Source of the DNA: a virus
IMG/VR virus record: IMGVR_UViG_3300038679_000131
Span: 1-64,000 of that record
Length of the DNA: 64,000 nt
Reading direction: 5' to 3' (one strand)
Position numbers and translations under genes: made by a program. The notes under the pieces are model-generated. The model worked only from the letters and a program-made list of their open reading frames with translations. It ran no database searches and was not told the DNA's origin. Below are positions 1 through 10,136 of the stretch, in pieces. Each line of letters begins with the position of its first letter. The first letter of the stretch is position 1.

Positions 1-2
1 TA

Positions 3-2798
3 AGATATGATGAAGTAAATGCTTTAGGTATGGTTGTTGACAAAATTAAGTTAGCTACTCAAGGACAGATTTCTACTATTCAGATTGCACAGGAAATTCG
101 TTCATTGTTAAATGGTCAGGCTCGTACTACTGACCAGATAGCTTTACTCTTAAAAGATAAGTATGGTAAGGCATGGAAAGATATTGTAAATGACCATAGA
201 AAAGCAGGAGATTTGCTACAATGGTTAGCTGAAGAATGGGAAGGTTTAGCTGCTGCCCAAGAAAAAATAGAAAATACTCTTGAGGCTCAATCTACTAATT
301 TATGGACAATGATTAGAAGGGTTGGTCGTGAGGGATTGGGAGGAGCTTATCAGTATATTGTTGATGTTTTAAAAGACATTAATACTTATTTGATGGAGCA
401 GGAAGGAGTAATATCTAGTGGGATTCAGGCTGCTTGGTTGGCAATGGAACCTGCTATTTCTGCTATAGGTCTTGCTTTACAAGCTATGCTTTCTTATTTA
501 TGGGAAAATGGTGAAGCTATTGGTGCTATGGTCAGGTCAATATCAGATGTTATTGTTTGGGTTTTAGAGGCTACTCAGGCTGTAGCTGCTTGGGTTGCAG
601 AGCATAAATTGTTAGTATTAGCTGTTTTATCTGTTATAATGGCTTATAAAGGGGCTGTAATTCTTGGTGTTATTATAGCTTCTATAACTGCTGCATTTGC
701 AACTGCAACGGCTGCTGCAAATGCTTTTGCTGTATCTTTAGGATATGCTTCTATTGCTGCAATGGGATTAACAGCTTGTATTCCTGTTATTGGTATTATT
801 GTAGCAGTTCTCGGTGCTGCTGCTTTGGCAGCATATGGATTAGGTCAGAATCTTGATGCTGTTCTTGAAAAACAAAAAGCAGTACAATATGGAGCATCTA
901 GACTTTCACCGGAAAAAGTAAGAGAGGAATTTCAAGATAGAATAAGGTATTCTCCAAGTAAAATGGTAGAACTTGCATCCAAAGGTGCAGTTATTCCTAC
1001 TGAAAGAGGAGAACAAGAAGTTCAACAACAGATAAACAAAGTGAGAGAATTAGATACTGCAATAGAAATTTTAGGCAAGACAAAGGAGAAAAAACAACAG
1101 ACTGATGCTGTAGCTAATACTATGATGGGTGAGTATTCTGTTAATGTTGACTCTGCCGCAGGTACGGTAAAAAAACTTCATGAAGTGGAATCTGCAAGAA
1201 ATCAAGAGTTGGAAAAAGCTAGAAAATTAGCTAAAGAAAAAGGTTTTTTTATTGATGAAACTAAAAAAGGAGAATACAGGCTCCCAAGTGCTCTTGGTTA
1301 TGAAGACCTTACATTTTCTAGAAGACAGCAAGAAGAAGCAATCAAAAATTCATTAGAAGGTAAAAAATATTCAGAACGACCAGATGATGAAGGAAAAGGG
1401 GCAAAGGGAAAAGGTCCTGAGAGACTTTCCGATTGGCCTGCTATAAAGGCTGAGAGGGATGCAAAACTTCAGTTATTAAAGAATGAACTTAATGCAATTG
1501 AAAAGAATAATGAACTTGAGAAAGCTTCTAATGATAATAAGTATGCCCAAGGGATTCTCTCTGGTACTCAATATGCCCAAGCTATTCTTGATATGGAGGA
1601 AAGGTCTTATCAGGCCAGAGTTAAAATTATTCAACAAGAAATAGCAAATGAAAAAGAGGCTTATGCATTTAGAAAAGCTAATATAGAAAGTGAAGTTGAA
1701 CGAGGAGCATTGTCTCCTGACAAAGCTAAAATAGAATTAAGAAAAGCCCTTGCAGAACATACTAAAACTTTAACTATTAGAGAAAAGGAAATGTTTGATG
1801 CAGGAATTGAAAAAACTAAAGCTCTTACTGAAGCAACAAAAGACCTTATTGCAGCTAGAAAATCTATAGTTGATATATCTGCTAGTCTATTTCAAAAAAT
1901 AACTGGAGGACCTCTTACTGAACAGGCAAAACAATTACTTTCTATACGATTGGAATTTGTTGAATTGGCTAGACAGATTGATAAATTAAAAATTAATGCT
2001 GACGGAAAATTAGAAATTGACCCAGCTTTAGAAAAGTCTGCAAATTATATGATTGAGGCTGGAAGGTTACTCAATGCAGATTGGGCAGAGCCTTTAGCTC
2101 AAGCAGTTAGGGAATTAGCAGAAGCAAGGACAGGAGCAGAAGCAAGTGTAGCTCAACAAAAGATTAAAGAAATTTTACCCCAAGCCCAAAAAACAGTTGA
2201 ATTTGATGTAAAATATAAATCTCAAATAGATAGTTTTGTTAATGATATTACAAATGGTATTTCCTCTATAGTAGATGCTATGATGGATGGGGGGAAAGAT
2301 TTAAAGAAAGCAGCTAATAATATGTTCAGAGCTATTTTTAAAGATGCAATGAAACCTGGGCTTGATTTTCTAAAAGAAACTTTGACTAAAGGATTTGAGG
2401 ACTTATTTGGTGAAGTGGGTGGGGAAGTAGCTAGTGCCATTATGGGAGTTATTGGTATAATTGGAATGATGTTTACTTCAGGGAAAGGGGAAAAGTCTTT
2501 TTCTGCTGCTGGTGTTCAATCTGGAGTTACTTCTACTGAGCCGGTTAGAGGAATTATAGCAGGGCCAACTTCTATTCCTATTGCACAAATAAGTGTCAGT
2601 ATTCGAGAAGCCTTTGCTAATTCAGAAAGTTATTTAGCTGAAATAGCTGAAAACACTAGAGGGATCAGAGGAGGAATTTCTGGAGGAGGTACTAATCTTA
2701 ACATTTCAATGTTGGTTTCAGAGATCAAATCTTCAATTACTGGTGTAATGGATCAATATTTTAAAGATTATTTATTAACACAGGCGGCATTAAGATGA
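3..2798 (+). CDS. Tail tape measure protein, C-terminal part (5' truncated by window)
   Basis: Frame is open from base 3. Long Ala-rich helical protein with a hydrophobic TM-like block and coiled coil, directly upstream of tail genes. Confidence 0.85.
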   Translation, partial: RYDEVNALGMVVDKIKLATQGQISTIQIAQEIRSLLNGQARTTDQIALLLKDKYGKAWKDIVNDHRKAGDLLQWLAEEWEGLAAAQEKIENTLEAQSTNLWTMIRRVGREGLGGAYQYIVDVLKDINTYLMEQEGVISSGIQAAWLAMEPAISAIGLALQAMLSYLWENGEAIGAMVRSISDVIVWVLEATQAVAAWVAEHKLLVLAVLSVIMAYKGAVILGVIIASITAAFATATAAANAFAVSLGYASIAAMGLTACIPVIGIIVAVLGAAALAAYGLGQNLDAVLEKQKAVQYGASRLSPEKVREEFQDRIRYSPSKMVELASKGAVIPTERGEQEVQQQINKVRELDTAIEILGKTKEKKQQTDAVANTMMGEYSVNVDSAAGTVKKLHEVESARNQELEKARKLAKEKGFFIDETKKGEYRLPSALGYEDLTFSRRQQEEAIKNSLEGKKYSERPDDEGKGAKGKGPERLSDWPAIKAERDAKLQLLKNELNAIEKNNELEKASNDNKYAQGILSGTQYAQAILDMEERSYQARVKIIQQEIANEKEAYAFRKANIESEVERGALSPDKAKIELRKALAEHTKTLTIREKEMFDAGIEKTKALTEATKDLIAARKSIVDISASLFQKITGGPLTEQAKQLLSIRLEFVELARQIDKLKINADGKLEIDPALEKSANYMIEAGRLLNADWAEPLAQAVRELAEARTGAEASVAQQKIKEILPQAQKTVEFDVKYKSQIDSFVNDITNGISSIVDAMMDGGKDLKKAANNMFRAIFKDAMKPGLDFLKETLTKGFEDLFGEVGGEVASAIMGVIGIIGMMFTSGKGEKSFSAAGVQSGVTSTEPVRGIIAGPTSIPIAQISVSIREAFANSESYLAEIAENTRGIRGGISGGGTNLNISMLVSEIKSSITGVMDQYFKDYLLTQAALR

Positions 2799-3148
2799 CA
2801 AATCTAAATTTTTCAATGCAAAGTGTGTTATTCAGTATGTTTGGCGGGATAGAGAAGTTTGATTGTTGGCTTACACAAATAGCTGAAACCTTAGCAGATG
2901 TTAATAATCCACGAGTTAAACCAATTAAGTTGGATGAAAAGATGTTTCCGCCAATGGTACAAGGTTTGATGCGTAGACCTCACGAAGTAGTAGACGGTTT
3001 TTTAGAAATGTTAGAAGGAATTAATACTTGGGAATACAAAATAAAAGGGAATGGGGGATTATCACAAGTAATTGATATGGTAAGTGGTCATGTGATTGAA
3101 GAAGGAAATGAATCGGAATTAATAAAAAAATATGAAGGTAATAAATGA
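2795..3148 (+). CDS. Hypothetical protein
   Basis: 117 aa ORF with ATGA overlaps to both neighbours. Confidence 0.6.
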   Translation: MTNLNFSMQSVLFSMFGGIEKFDCWLTQIAETLADVNNPRVKPIKLDEKMFPPMVQGLMRRPHEVVDGFLEMLEGINTWEYKIKGNGGLSQVIDMVSGHVIEEGNESELIKKYEGNK

Positions 3149-4203
3149 CGACGCCTGCCGACATTCTTGTTGTTAATTTTGCTCCGAGAATTGGGGGAGG
3201 AGGAGTAATTACAGCTAAGGGTGATATGGAAGGACAGGCAGTTTATTGGGAATTAGTTTCTTATGATCCATTAACTGAATTAGAAGGAGCACCTTACGGA
3301 AGTTTAAGATGGCAAAGAACCAAAACGGATGCTTCTGCATTAACTGCTAATGTTTATCTTGCACCAACAGATCCAATACACGAAGGGAAAACTGATAGGG
3401 TTAAAGTTAAATATGTTCCTGAATTTGTGAGTTCAAGAAGCCCTTCACTTTCACCTTCAGCATCACTATCACCAAGTAAAAGTCCTAGTTTGTCTCCTAG
3501 TGCATCACCTAGTGTTCCTGGTCCTTCTTTCAGTCCAAGTCTCAGTCCAAGTCTATCCCCTTCTGTACCGGGTTCTATTTTCTTTGATGATTTTGAAGCT
3601 GGAAATTTGCACTTGTGGGATGAGGTATCTGGTGTAACAATTTCTACTGGTATGTCAGGTAGTTATTGTGCTGAAGTTCCTGCTGTCAATAATTATATCA
3701 AAGTGAAAATGAATTCTTTGATTGAGGTATATGCTTGTTTTAAAATTAATATTGAAGAAACTGATGGTGCAGTATTTAATTTTTATAATGATGATACTGT
3801 ATTAGGATTGTTACAAGCAGAACAAGTATGGGGTGAACCTACTAAAGCAGCTTTTACTTTTTATGTAGGTGAATGGGATGATTGGTTCTCTGATGAAGTA
3901 TATACTTTTGATAAAGGTGTTTCTTATGAAATAAAGATTTATTATCTTCCTCATGTATCAAATGGAAAAGTTATAGTAAAGGTTAATGAAGTTACAATAA
4001 TTAGTGAATCTGGTGTTCAGACAGCACCTTCTACATTACCTGTGAACAAGTTTGGGTATGGTGATGTTTTGTCAGATTATTGGTTGGGAGCTATTTTTAA
4101 AATTGATGATGTATTAGTTGAAACTACTTCTGGGCCTATGTCTCCTAGTATCAGTCCGAGTCTTTCCCCTAGTCTAAGCCCAAGTGTGAGTCCTTCATCA
4201 TGA
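3145..4203 (+). CDS. Tail/virion protein: Ig-like N-terminus, Ser-Pro linker, ConA/LamG-like beta-sandwich, Ser-Pro tail
   Basis: SPSLSPS repeats; 'IFFDDFEAG...IDDVLV' lectin-like domain boundaries; position after tape measure. Confidence 0.6.
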   Translation: MTTPADILVVNFAPRIGGGGVITAKGDMEGQAVYWELVSYDPLTELEGAPYGSLRWQRTKTDASALTANVYLAPTDPIHEGKTDRVKVKYVPEFVSSRSPSLSPSASLSPSKSPSLSPSASPSVPGPSFSPSLSPSLSPSVPGSIFFDDFEAGNLHLWDEVSGVTISTGMSGSYCAEVPAVNNYIKVKMNSLIEVYACFKINIEETDGAVFNFYNDDTVLGLLQAEQVWGEPTKAAFTFYVGEWDDWFSDEVYTFDKGVSYEIKIYYLPHVSNGKVIVKVNEVTIISESGVQTAPSTLPVNKFGYGDVLSDYWLGAIFKIDDVLVETTSGPMSPSISPSLSPSLSPSVSPSS

Positions 4204-5126
4204 TAGAGCTTATTTATACAAGTAATAAAATAACTGGTCTAACTCCTGCTTATGATTGGTTTATGTTATATGCTAACAGTCCAGATGCATTAATTATTTG
4301 TAATAATACTTATCTTTATAAAGTTTTTAGGGATGGGACAACTTGTTTTATAGGGAGAGTTTCTGATTGCAAAGCTATTTCTTTGAATGAAGGAAGAATT
4401 GGTTGGTATGACAACATACCAAGTAGGTCTACTTATCAAAGATTTTTATTATCCGATGAATTTGCATTTCAGCCACATTTTATGGAGATTATTAATCCAG
4501 ATTGGTTATTTCCTAGTGCTTATGGTTCTGATAAATCTTATATTGACTTGAACAAAAGGTTGTGGATTGGTTGGAGTAGTGGGTATCCCAAGCTACTTAA
4601 TTGCATAAATATTGATAGTGGGGAAGTAATTTGGACTGTGGATCTTGTTCCTTTGGGAACATCCTACCTTCCAATACATTATTTAAGTAAGGATTATGTT
4701 ATAGTTGTTGGTATAGGAGACACAGCTTACATTGTCAATATTGATACTGGAGTTTTAAAAGATACTTTTCAAATCCCAGTATGTTGGGGAAATGCGTATG
4801 ATTTTAACCATGGGTTGTTTATTACAATAGAAAGTGATCAAAAAGTTAGAGTTTACTTAGCTGATAGGTATCCTGCGAGTTTTAGTGCAGTCATATCAGA
4901 ATATGGTGTATTGCAAGCTTATAGAGGGTGTGATATTAAAGTTAGATTACTTAGTTCAAATAATTTGCCTTGTCCTGATAGATTAGTAACATGGGAACTT
5001 CCAAATTCTCTTGGTGCTTTAGAAAAGGTAGTATCTGAAACTGATATAGATGGTTATGCTTGGAATTACTATTATGGACCTACTGTAGCAGGTGGGACTG
5101 AGAAAATAAAGGTGAGTTGGGGATGA
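4200..5126 (+). CDS. Tail protein, beta-propeller-like plus C-terminal Big-1/invasin-like Ig domain
   Basis: Beta-rich repeats ('NIDSGEVIW', 'NIDTGVLK'); C-terminal 'VTW...SETDIDGYA'. Confidence 0.5.
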   Translation: MIELIYTSNKITGLTPAYDWFMLYANSPDALIICNNTYLYKVFRDGTTCFIGRVSDCKAISLNEGRIGWYDNIPSRSTYQRFLLSDEFAFQPHFMEIINPDWLFPSAYGSDKSYIDLNKRLWIGWSSGYPKLLNCINIDSGEVIWTVDLVPLGTSYLPIHYLSKDYVIVVGIGDTAYIVNIDTGVLKDTFQIPVCWGNAYDFNHGLFITIESDQKVRVYLADRYPASFSAVISEYGVLQAYRGCDIKVRLLSSNNLPCPDRLVTWELPNSLGALEKVVSETDIDGYAWNYYYGPTVAGGTEKIKVSWG

Positions 5127-6202
5127 GTTTAAGTTTAATTAAAAGTATAGAACCTTTTCCTGCATATAATGGAAGTTGGGGAATGTGGGGAGGAGCAGAA
5201 TATGGGATGCTCAGATTTGTTTATGATAGAGGAAACGATGAGTTTATAACTGGATTATGGCTTCTTCCTGATGATTGGCTTTCACCATTAGATTCTATAT
5301 TTTATAATTATTTTTTTGATGGGGAAACAGGTGCTTTTAAAAGGTTAGAGCCAGTAGATTCTTATTACTATTTATATATGTCATACAGACTTTTGCCTTG
5401 GGCAAATGGTTCTTTTGGTCAGATTTATGCTTCAACCCATAATGGTATTTTACTTGACGAACAGGGAATAGAGATTGATCATACAAGTTGGTCTTGGAAA
5501 ATAGGAGGTTGGTATTCTCCTCTTTTTAACACGTGGAATCCCGCACCTACAGATTTATATGTTTTAACTTATTGTGCAGAAAGAAATTTGGTAATAGGGA
5601 TAAATGATCAAGATGTTCAAGTTTGGGATATGAATGGTACTCCAACACTAACATCACAATTGAGATTACCTGGTAGTGCATCAAGCATTGGTTATGAGAA
5701 CAAGACTTATGTATGGTTTGTTACTGAGGATGGAATAATAATTAAAATGAATTATGGTCTTGATCCTCCTCGTTTTGAAATGATGTCGTCTGTCCAAGAA
5801 AATGAGCCTGATGTAGTAGCATATCGCACTTGTTATGACTCGAAAAGAAAAAGAGTTGTAATTTTAAAATGCAAAGAAGATATAGGAAATCAAAATCCTA
5901 GTGTGATTGAGTTTTATAGACCGTATTATGTTGCTTCTCAAATTACTGATCCAGTTCCAATAAATAGAATAGCAGGAAATGAAGTGACTAATTTTATTGG
6001 TCATCTTATTGGTTCTGCTGGTGAAGGTGTAGCTTCTAAACTGGTCACAGCCAGTTTAGCAGAACCTGTTGAAGGGTCTTTACTTACTAACATTGCTCCT
6101 ACAACGCAAAATGGTTCATTTATTGTTAAATATCAATGTCCTAATAATGCATATACAGGAACACTTCAATTAAGTGCAGAAACTTCTATAGAATGGGATT
6201 AA
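5123..6202 (+). CDS. Tail protein, beta-propeller-like plus C-terminal Ig-like domain
   Basis: ATG at 5123 overlaps the upstream stop; aromatic beta-rich sequence; C-terminus resembles the preceding gene. Confidence 0.5.
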   Translation: MSLSLIKSIEPFPAYNGSWGMWGGAEYGMLRFVYDRGNDEFITGLWLLPDDWLSPLDSIFYNYFFDGETGAFKRLEPVDSYYYLYMSYRLLPWANGSFGQIYASTHNGILLDEQGIEIDHTSWSWKIGGWYSPLFNTWNPAPTDLYVLTYCAERNLVIGINDQDVQVWDMNGTPTLTSQLRLPGSASSIGYENKTYVWFVTEDGIIIKMNYGLDPPRFEMMSSVQENEPDVVAYRTCYDSKRKRVVILKCKEDIGNQNPSVIEFYRPYYVASQITDPVPINRIAGNEVTNFIGHLIGSAGEGVASKLVTASLAEPVEGSLLTNIAPTTQNGSFIVKYQCPNNAYTGTLQLSAETSIEWD

Positions 6203-6215
6203 TAAGAGGTTTTGA

Positions 6216-7094
6216 ATGGCTATTATAACTTCGGAAACTGAATTTGTTGTTGAGGAAATCACTCCAGTTTTGAGTGATGACTATGATATGCTTCTTCTTC
6301 CAGAAAATGATGGAACAGATGCATTTAGAGAACTTCATTACCCTAATGATCTTTTTGCACCTATAATTTATGATGATAGACCAGATAAATGGACAAATTT
6401 TGATACTGATGTTTTAACTGCCAGACCTTTATATAAAGTGGAAAGGGCATTATCTGCAACAAAAATGACTTCTTGGGATGGTTTTGCATCTGACAATACT
6501 ATAGTGGAAATATGGTCAGGTGACCAAAAGAAAAGCAGAATGACAGCATATTTCCTACGTAGGCTATGGGAATATTTTGTAAATCCTCCAGGAGTTGGTT
6601 TTATTACTTGGTGGCCTAAAGATAGAACCACAAAGTCTTACAATGTGATTATTGAAAATTTATCTGTTGGTGGAGCAGATTTAATTACTTTTGATCACTT
6701 TGCCATACGAGAAGGCTATATAATGAATGAAGTAACACTTACATTAAGAATAGTAAGTGAAAATACAGCATTTGATCCTTCTTACTCACCTTCGACTTCG
6801 CCAAGTTTAAGCCCAAGTAAATCGCCAAGTCAGAGTCCTTCTGTAAGTTTAAGTCCAAGCACATCACCTAGTGTAAGTGTAAGCCCAAGTGCAAGTGTTT
6901 CACCTAGCACAAGTTTAAGTCCAAGTAAATCTCCAAGTGAATCACCTAGCACAAGTTTAAGTCCTTCTAAGTCACCGTCGTTGTCGCCTAGTGTTTCACC
7001 TTCACTTTCACCAAGTCTAAGCCCAAGTTTATCACCGAGTCTATCACCTTCTTTATCACCTAGTTTAAGCCCAAGTGTTTCACCATCAACATGA
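6216..7094 (+). CDS. Tail protein (distal-tail-like) with ~100 aa Ser-Pro C-terminal tract
   Basis: RBS GAGG; SPSx repeats; tail operon context. Confidence 0.55.
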   Translation: MAIITSETEFVVEEITPVLSDDYDMLLLPENDGTDAFRELHYPNDLFAPIIYDDRPDKWTNFDTDVLTARPLYKVERALSATKMTSWDGFASDNTIVEIWSGDQKKSRMTAYFLRRLWEYFVNPPGVGFITWWPKDRTTKSYNVIIENLSVGGADLITFDHFAIREGYIMNEVTLTLRIVSENTAFDPSYSPSTSPSLSPSKSPSQSPSVSLSPSTSPSVSVSPSASVSPSTSLSPSKSPSESPSTSLSPSKSPSLSPSVSPSLSPSLSPSLSPSLSPSLSPSLSPSVSPST

Positions 7095-7114
7095 TTTATA
7101 GGAATAGAAAATAA

Positions 7115-8665
7115 ATGAGAACATTATCTAGTTCAATGATAGCAGTACAAAGCACTTATAATAAGAAGCCTACATATAAAATACTGGCTTATGATCCAGC
7201 TGTGGATAATATTTCTGCTGTAGTGAGAGGAACCGCCACTCAAACTCCTTTTGATGCAACTGAATATTGTTTGAATGTTTCTTGGAATACAACTAAAATT
7301 TCTTTTACATTGGTTGATTCAGATGGAATATTTCATCCGGATACAGGAGCAAACAGGAATTATTTTTCAAATAACGCAACGATCAGACTAATAGAAGGAT
7401 ATGAAGGAATTGACGAATCGGAATGGGTTGCTTCTTTTACCGGACAAATTCATGGTCAAGTGGGTTGGAGAAACTCTAGAAGGACTAAAAGCCTAGAGAG
7501 TAAGATAACAGTTTATTCTAGAGAGAGCAGCCAAGCATTATCCCGTAGGTTAATTACTACAAATGAATATACTATTGGTACTGACATAGGAGTAGCAGTA
7601 TATGATCTTTGTGTTAATTTTATTGGTCTTGACCCAACTGAAGTTAGAATCCCTACTGCCTTGGGTTATCAGTTTATGCATCTTACAAATCAACTCTCAC
7701 AGGTTAGTCCATGGCAAGGAATAAATTCTTTATTAGAAACTGTTGGAATGGTTCCCTTTTTTGATGGGGATGGGAAATTAACTGTATTTAATAAAAGTTT
7801 AAATAGGGCACCGAATAGAACCTTTGAACTTACTGATATTTATGATTATGAGATTCCTGAGAATGTGCAGGATGGAATAAATAAAATTATAGTTACATTC
7901 CTTAGTGCAAGTTTGTCAAAGATTACCGGAGATACTCAAGTATTAGGAACAGCTAACATAACAACTGGTTTTTTTACTGGGTCAGAAAGATTGGAATGTT
8001 GGTGGTCTGAAGATCGTAGACAGAGGGCAGAAAATACTTGGATGCATACATTAAAAGGAATTAATGATAATTTAATTCCTTTTATTGGAACAGAAAGTTA
8101 TTCTGAAAGCAGTGAATTTGGTGGTGTTATTTCAATTTCTATTTCAGTTTGGGTTCCTATATTAGCTACAGTTATGGTTATAATTTATGTAGTGATGTCC
8201 TTTATTCCGGACTTTTGGGCAGGAATGTTTTTTGGGGTTACAATTCCTTGGGGAAGAGTCATACAATCTATTGCTTTATTGACAATTCTGATTCTAATGA
8301 TGTCTCTTGGTTCAGCACAGTATGAAATAGTTGGCACTCCTTTTGATTATGCTTATAAAGAACTTAAATCTATAGCAATAGAAGATGGATTAGCTTATTG
8401 GGAAGAAAATGAAAAAGAAATTAGGAATGATTTTATTGGTAATTACGAACAGGCTGATTACATTGCCTTTGTAGAATTGTGTTGGGAAAAAACCATGGAG
8501 TATTCTAGAAGATTACTTGTGGTTGATGATTTAGCTTTAGAAAGAGGTGATATTGTAGTGGTTCCAGATGGAAGAAAGTTTGTTATTATGGAAATGAGCA
8601 AAACTCTCGTAAGAGGTGAAGTTCCAGTATTAACTATAGATTGCTATAAGGTGATGGCAGGATGA
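7115..8665 (+). CDS. Tail tip/baseplate hub-like protein with internal hydrophobic hairpin
   Basis: 'PFFDGDGKL' and 'LERGDIVVV' hub-like motifs; two TM-like segments. Confidence 0.5.
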   Translation: MRTLSSSMIAVQSTYNKKPTYKILAYDPAVDNISAVVRGTATQTPFDATEYCLNVSWNTTKISFTLVDSDGIFHPDTGANRNYFSNNATIRLIEGYEGIDESEWVASFTGQIHGQVGWRNSRRTKSLESKITVYSRESSQALSRRLITTNEYTIGTDIGVAVYDLCVNFIGLDPTEVRIPTALGYQFMHLTNQLSQVSPWQGINSLLETVGMVPFFDGDGKLTVFNKSLNRAPNRTFELTDIYDYEIPENVQDGINKIIVTFLSASLSKITGDTQVLGTANITTGFFTGSERLECWWSEDRRQRAENTWMHTLKGINDNLIPFIGTESYSESSEFGGVISISISVWVPILATVMVIIYVVMSFIPDFWAGMFFGVTIPWGRVIQSIALLTILILMMSLGSAQYEIVGTPFDYAYKELKSIAIEDGLAYWEENEKEIRNDFIGNYEQADYIAFVELCWEKTMEYSRRLLVVDDLALERGDIVVVPDGRKFVIMEMSKTLVRGEVPVLTIDCYKVMAG

Positions 8666-9144
8666 AACCAATCAATAAAATCATTGACCAACGAATCGAA
8701 ATGAGTAAAACAGATGCAATAGGTGTGATTGATTCTGATTTTTCTCAAAGAAGTGATCAAAATTCTGGAGATACTTGGACATGGGCTTGTGACGTAAAAT
8801 TGCAAGGAGAAGATACTGTATTAAAAGGTGTACCCATTGCTACAAATAATCGGGATGTCCTTTATGCTGAATTTGGGAAAGCAGTTGAATTAAGACAAAC
8901 AAACGGGAAATGGTCTATAGTAGGACTGTCTAAAACAGTATTTGGGGATACTCATATTTCTAAATATACTTTTACTGAAGATGTGGCTGTCTATATAAGT
9001 GAAGATTGGTCAGGTCATACTACTCGTAAGTTGACATATGGAGAGATTGGAGAAATAACGGTTACTGGATATGGTTTTCTTCCTTATGGGATTATGGGGA
9101 GATTCACTAGAGCAGGTATCTTTATTGAATTTGTGGGGTATTAA
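8662..9144 (+). CDS. Putative tail protein
   Basis: Translationally coupled ORF in the tail operon. Confidence 0.5.
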   Translation: MKPINKIIDQRIEMSKTDAIGVIDSDFSQRSDQNSGDTWTWACDVKLQGEDTVLKGVPIATNNRDVLYAEFGKAVELRQTNGKWSIVGLSKTVFGDTHISKYTFTEDVAVYISEDWSGHTTRKLTYGEIGEITVTGYGFLPYGIMGRFTRAGIFIEFVGY

Positions 9145-9146
9145 AA

Positions 9147-9827
9147 ATGACAACTTTATATAAAACTTTTGTAACTGGGATGACTGATTATATTGTCCGT
9201 CATGTGAGTAATTATACCTTAATTGAAAATGCTTTGAATTTATTAGAAGCGCAATTAGCAGCTTTATCTGGGACAATTATTCCACAAATTCCAGTTCCTT
9301 ATTGTTCATATCTTACTCCTGATCTTAGTGATTTAGCTTTTTCTGGTGAGATAGCTTCTTTGACAGCAGGAGAAGCATTAGCGATTGGAGAAATTTGCTA
9401 CTTAAAATCTGATGGAAAACTTTATAAAGCAAAAGCTGATTCCAGTACAACTGTTCCTGTTATAGCTATGGCAACTGCTACTATTGCTATAGATACGGCA
9501 GGTTATTTTCTTTTGAGAGGCTATTTAAGAAATGATGCTTGGTCGTCTTTGACAATTGGAGCTATTAATGGTCTTATATATGCATCTGATGTAACAGGTG
9601 GAGAATTTACCCAAACAAAAACAAGAATAGTTGGTAACTATTTACAAATTATTGGGTTTGCTTATGCTACAAATATTTTGTTTTTTGAACCAAATTCTGC
9701 AATAAAGAGATTGGGGTATAGTGAAGCTTCTGTTTCACCATCTACTTCACCATCTATATCTATTTCACCGAGCCTCAGTCCTAGTTTAAGTCCTTCTCTG
9801 AGTCCAAGTGTATCTCCTTCAACATAG
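9147..9827 (+). CDS. Virion protein with 'AGEALAIGEICYLKSDGK' domain and Ser-Pro tail
   Basis: Motif typical of phage cement/fibre-type domains; SPSL repeats at the C-terminus. Confidence 0.55.
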   Translation: MTTLYKTFVTGMTDYIVRHVSNYTLIENALNLLEAQLAALSGTIIPQIPVPYCSYLTPDLSDLAFSGEIASLTAGEALAIGEICYLKSDGKLYKAKADSSTTVPVIAMATATIAIDTAGYFLLRGYLRNDAWSSLTIGAINGLIYASDVTGGEFTQTKTRIVGNYLQIIGFAYATNILFFEPNSAIKRLGYSEASVSPSTSPSISISPSLSPSLSPSLSPSVSPST

Positions 9828-9836
9828 GAGTAAAAA

Positions 9837-10136
9837 ATGAATAAAGGAAAATTGACTTACTATGCTGCTAAAAAATTTAACATAACTAGAAGGACTATTT
9901 ACAGGTGGATTGAGGAAGGTGTAGAATTACAAAAGATAGAAGATAAAATGAAAGAAGTTGGAAATGATGTACTAATAACGCCAACAGTTGCAGCAAGGAT
10001 TTTAAATGTAACAGTCCAAACTATATACAGATGGATAAACTCACAAAAGTTAGAATGCTTTGAGCTTTTTTTCAATGCTATTCGCATTAGGAAACAAAGT
10101 TTATATGATATGAAGGATACTACCAATGGAAAATAA
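9837..10136 (+). CDS. Tandem MerR/excisionase-type HTH DNA-binding protein
   Basis: Two 'AAxxxNxTxxTIYRWI' HTH repeats. Confidence 0.75.
   Translation: MNKGKLTYYAAKKFNITRRTIYRWIEEGVELQKIEDKMKEVGNDVLITPTVAARILNVTVQTIYRWINSQKLECFELFFNAIRIRKQSLYDMKDTTNGK

Noticed and set aside
6778-7091. Ser-Pro and hexamer repeats as CRISPR array or DGR repeats
   Set aside because: No constant repeat with unique spacers; no cas or reverse transcriptase gene in the window.
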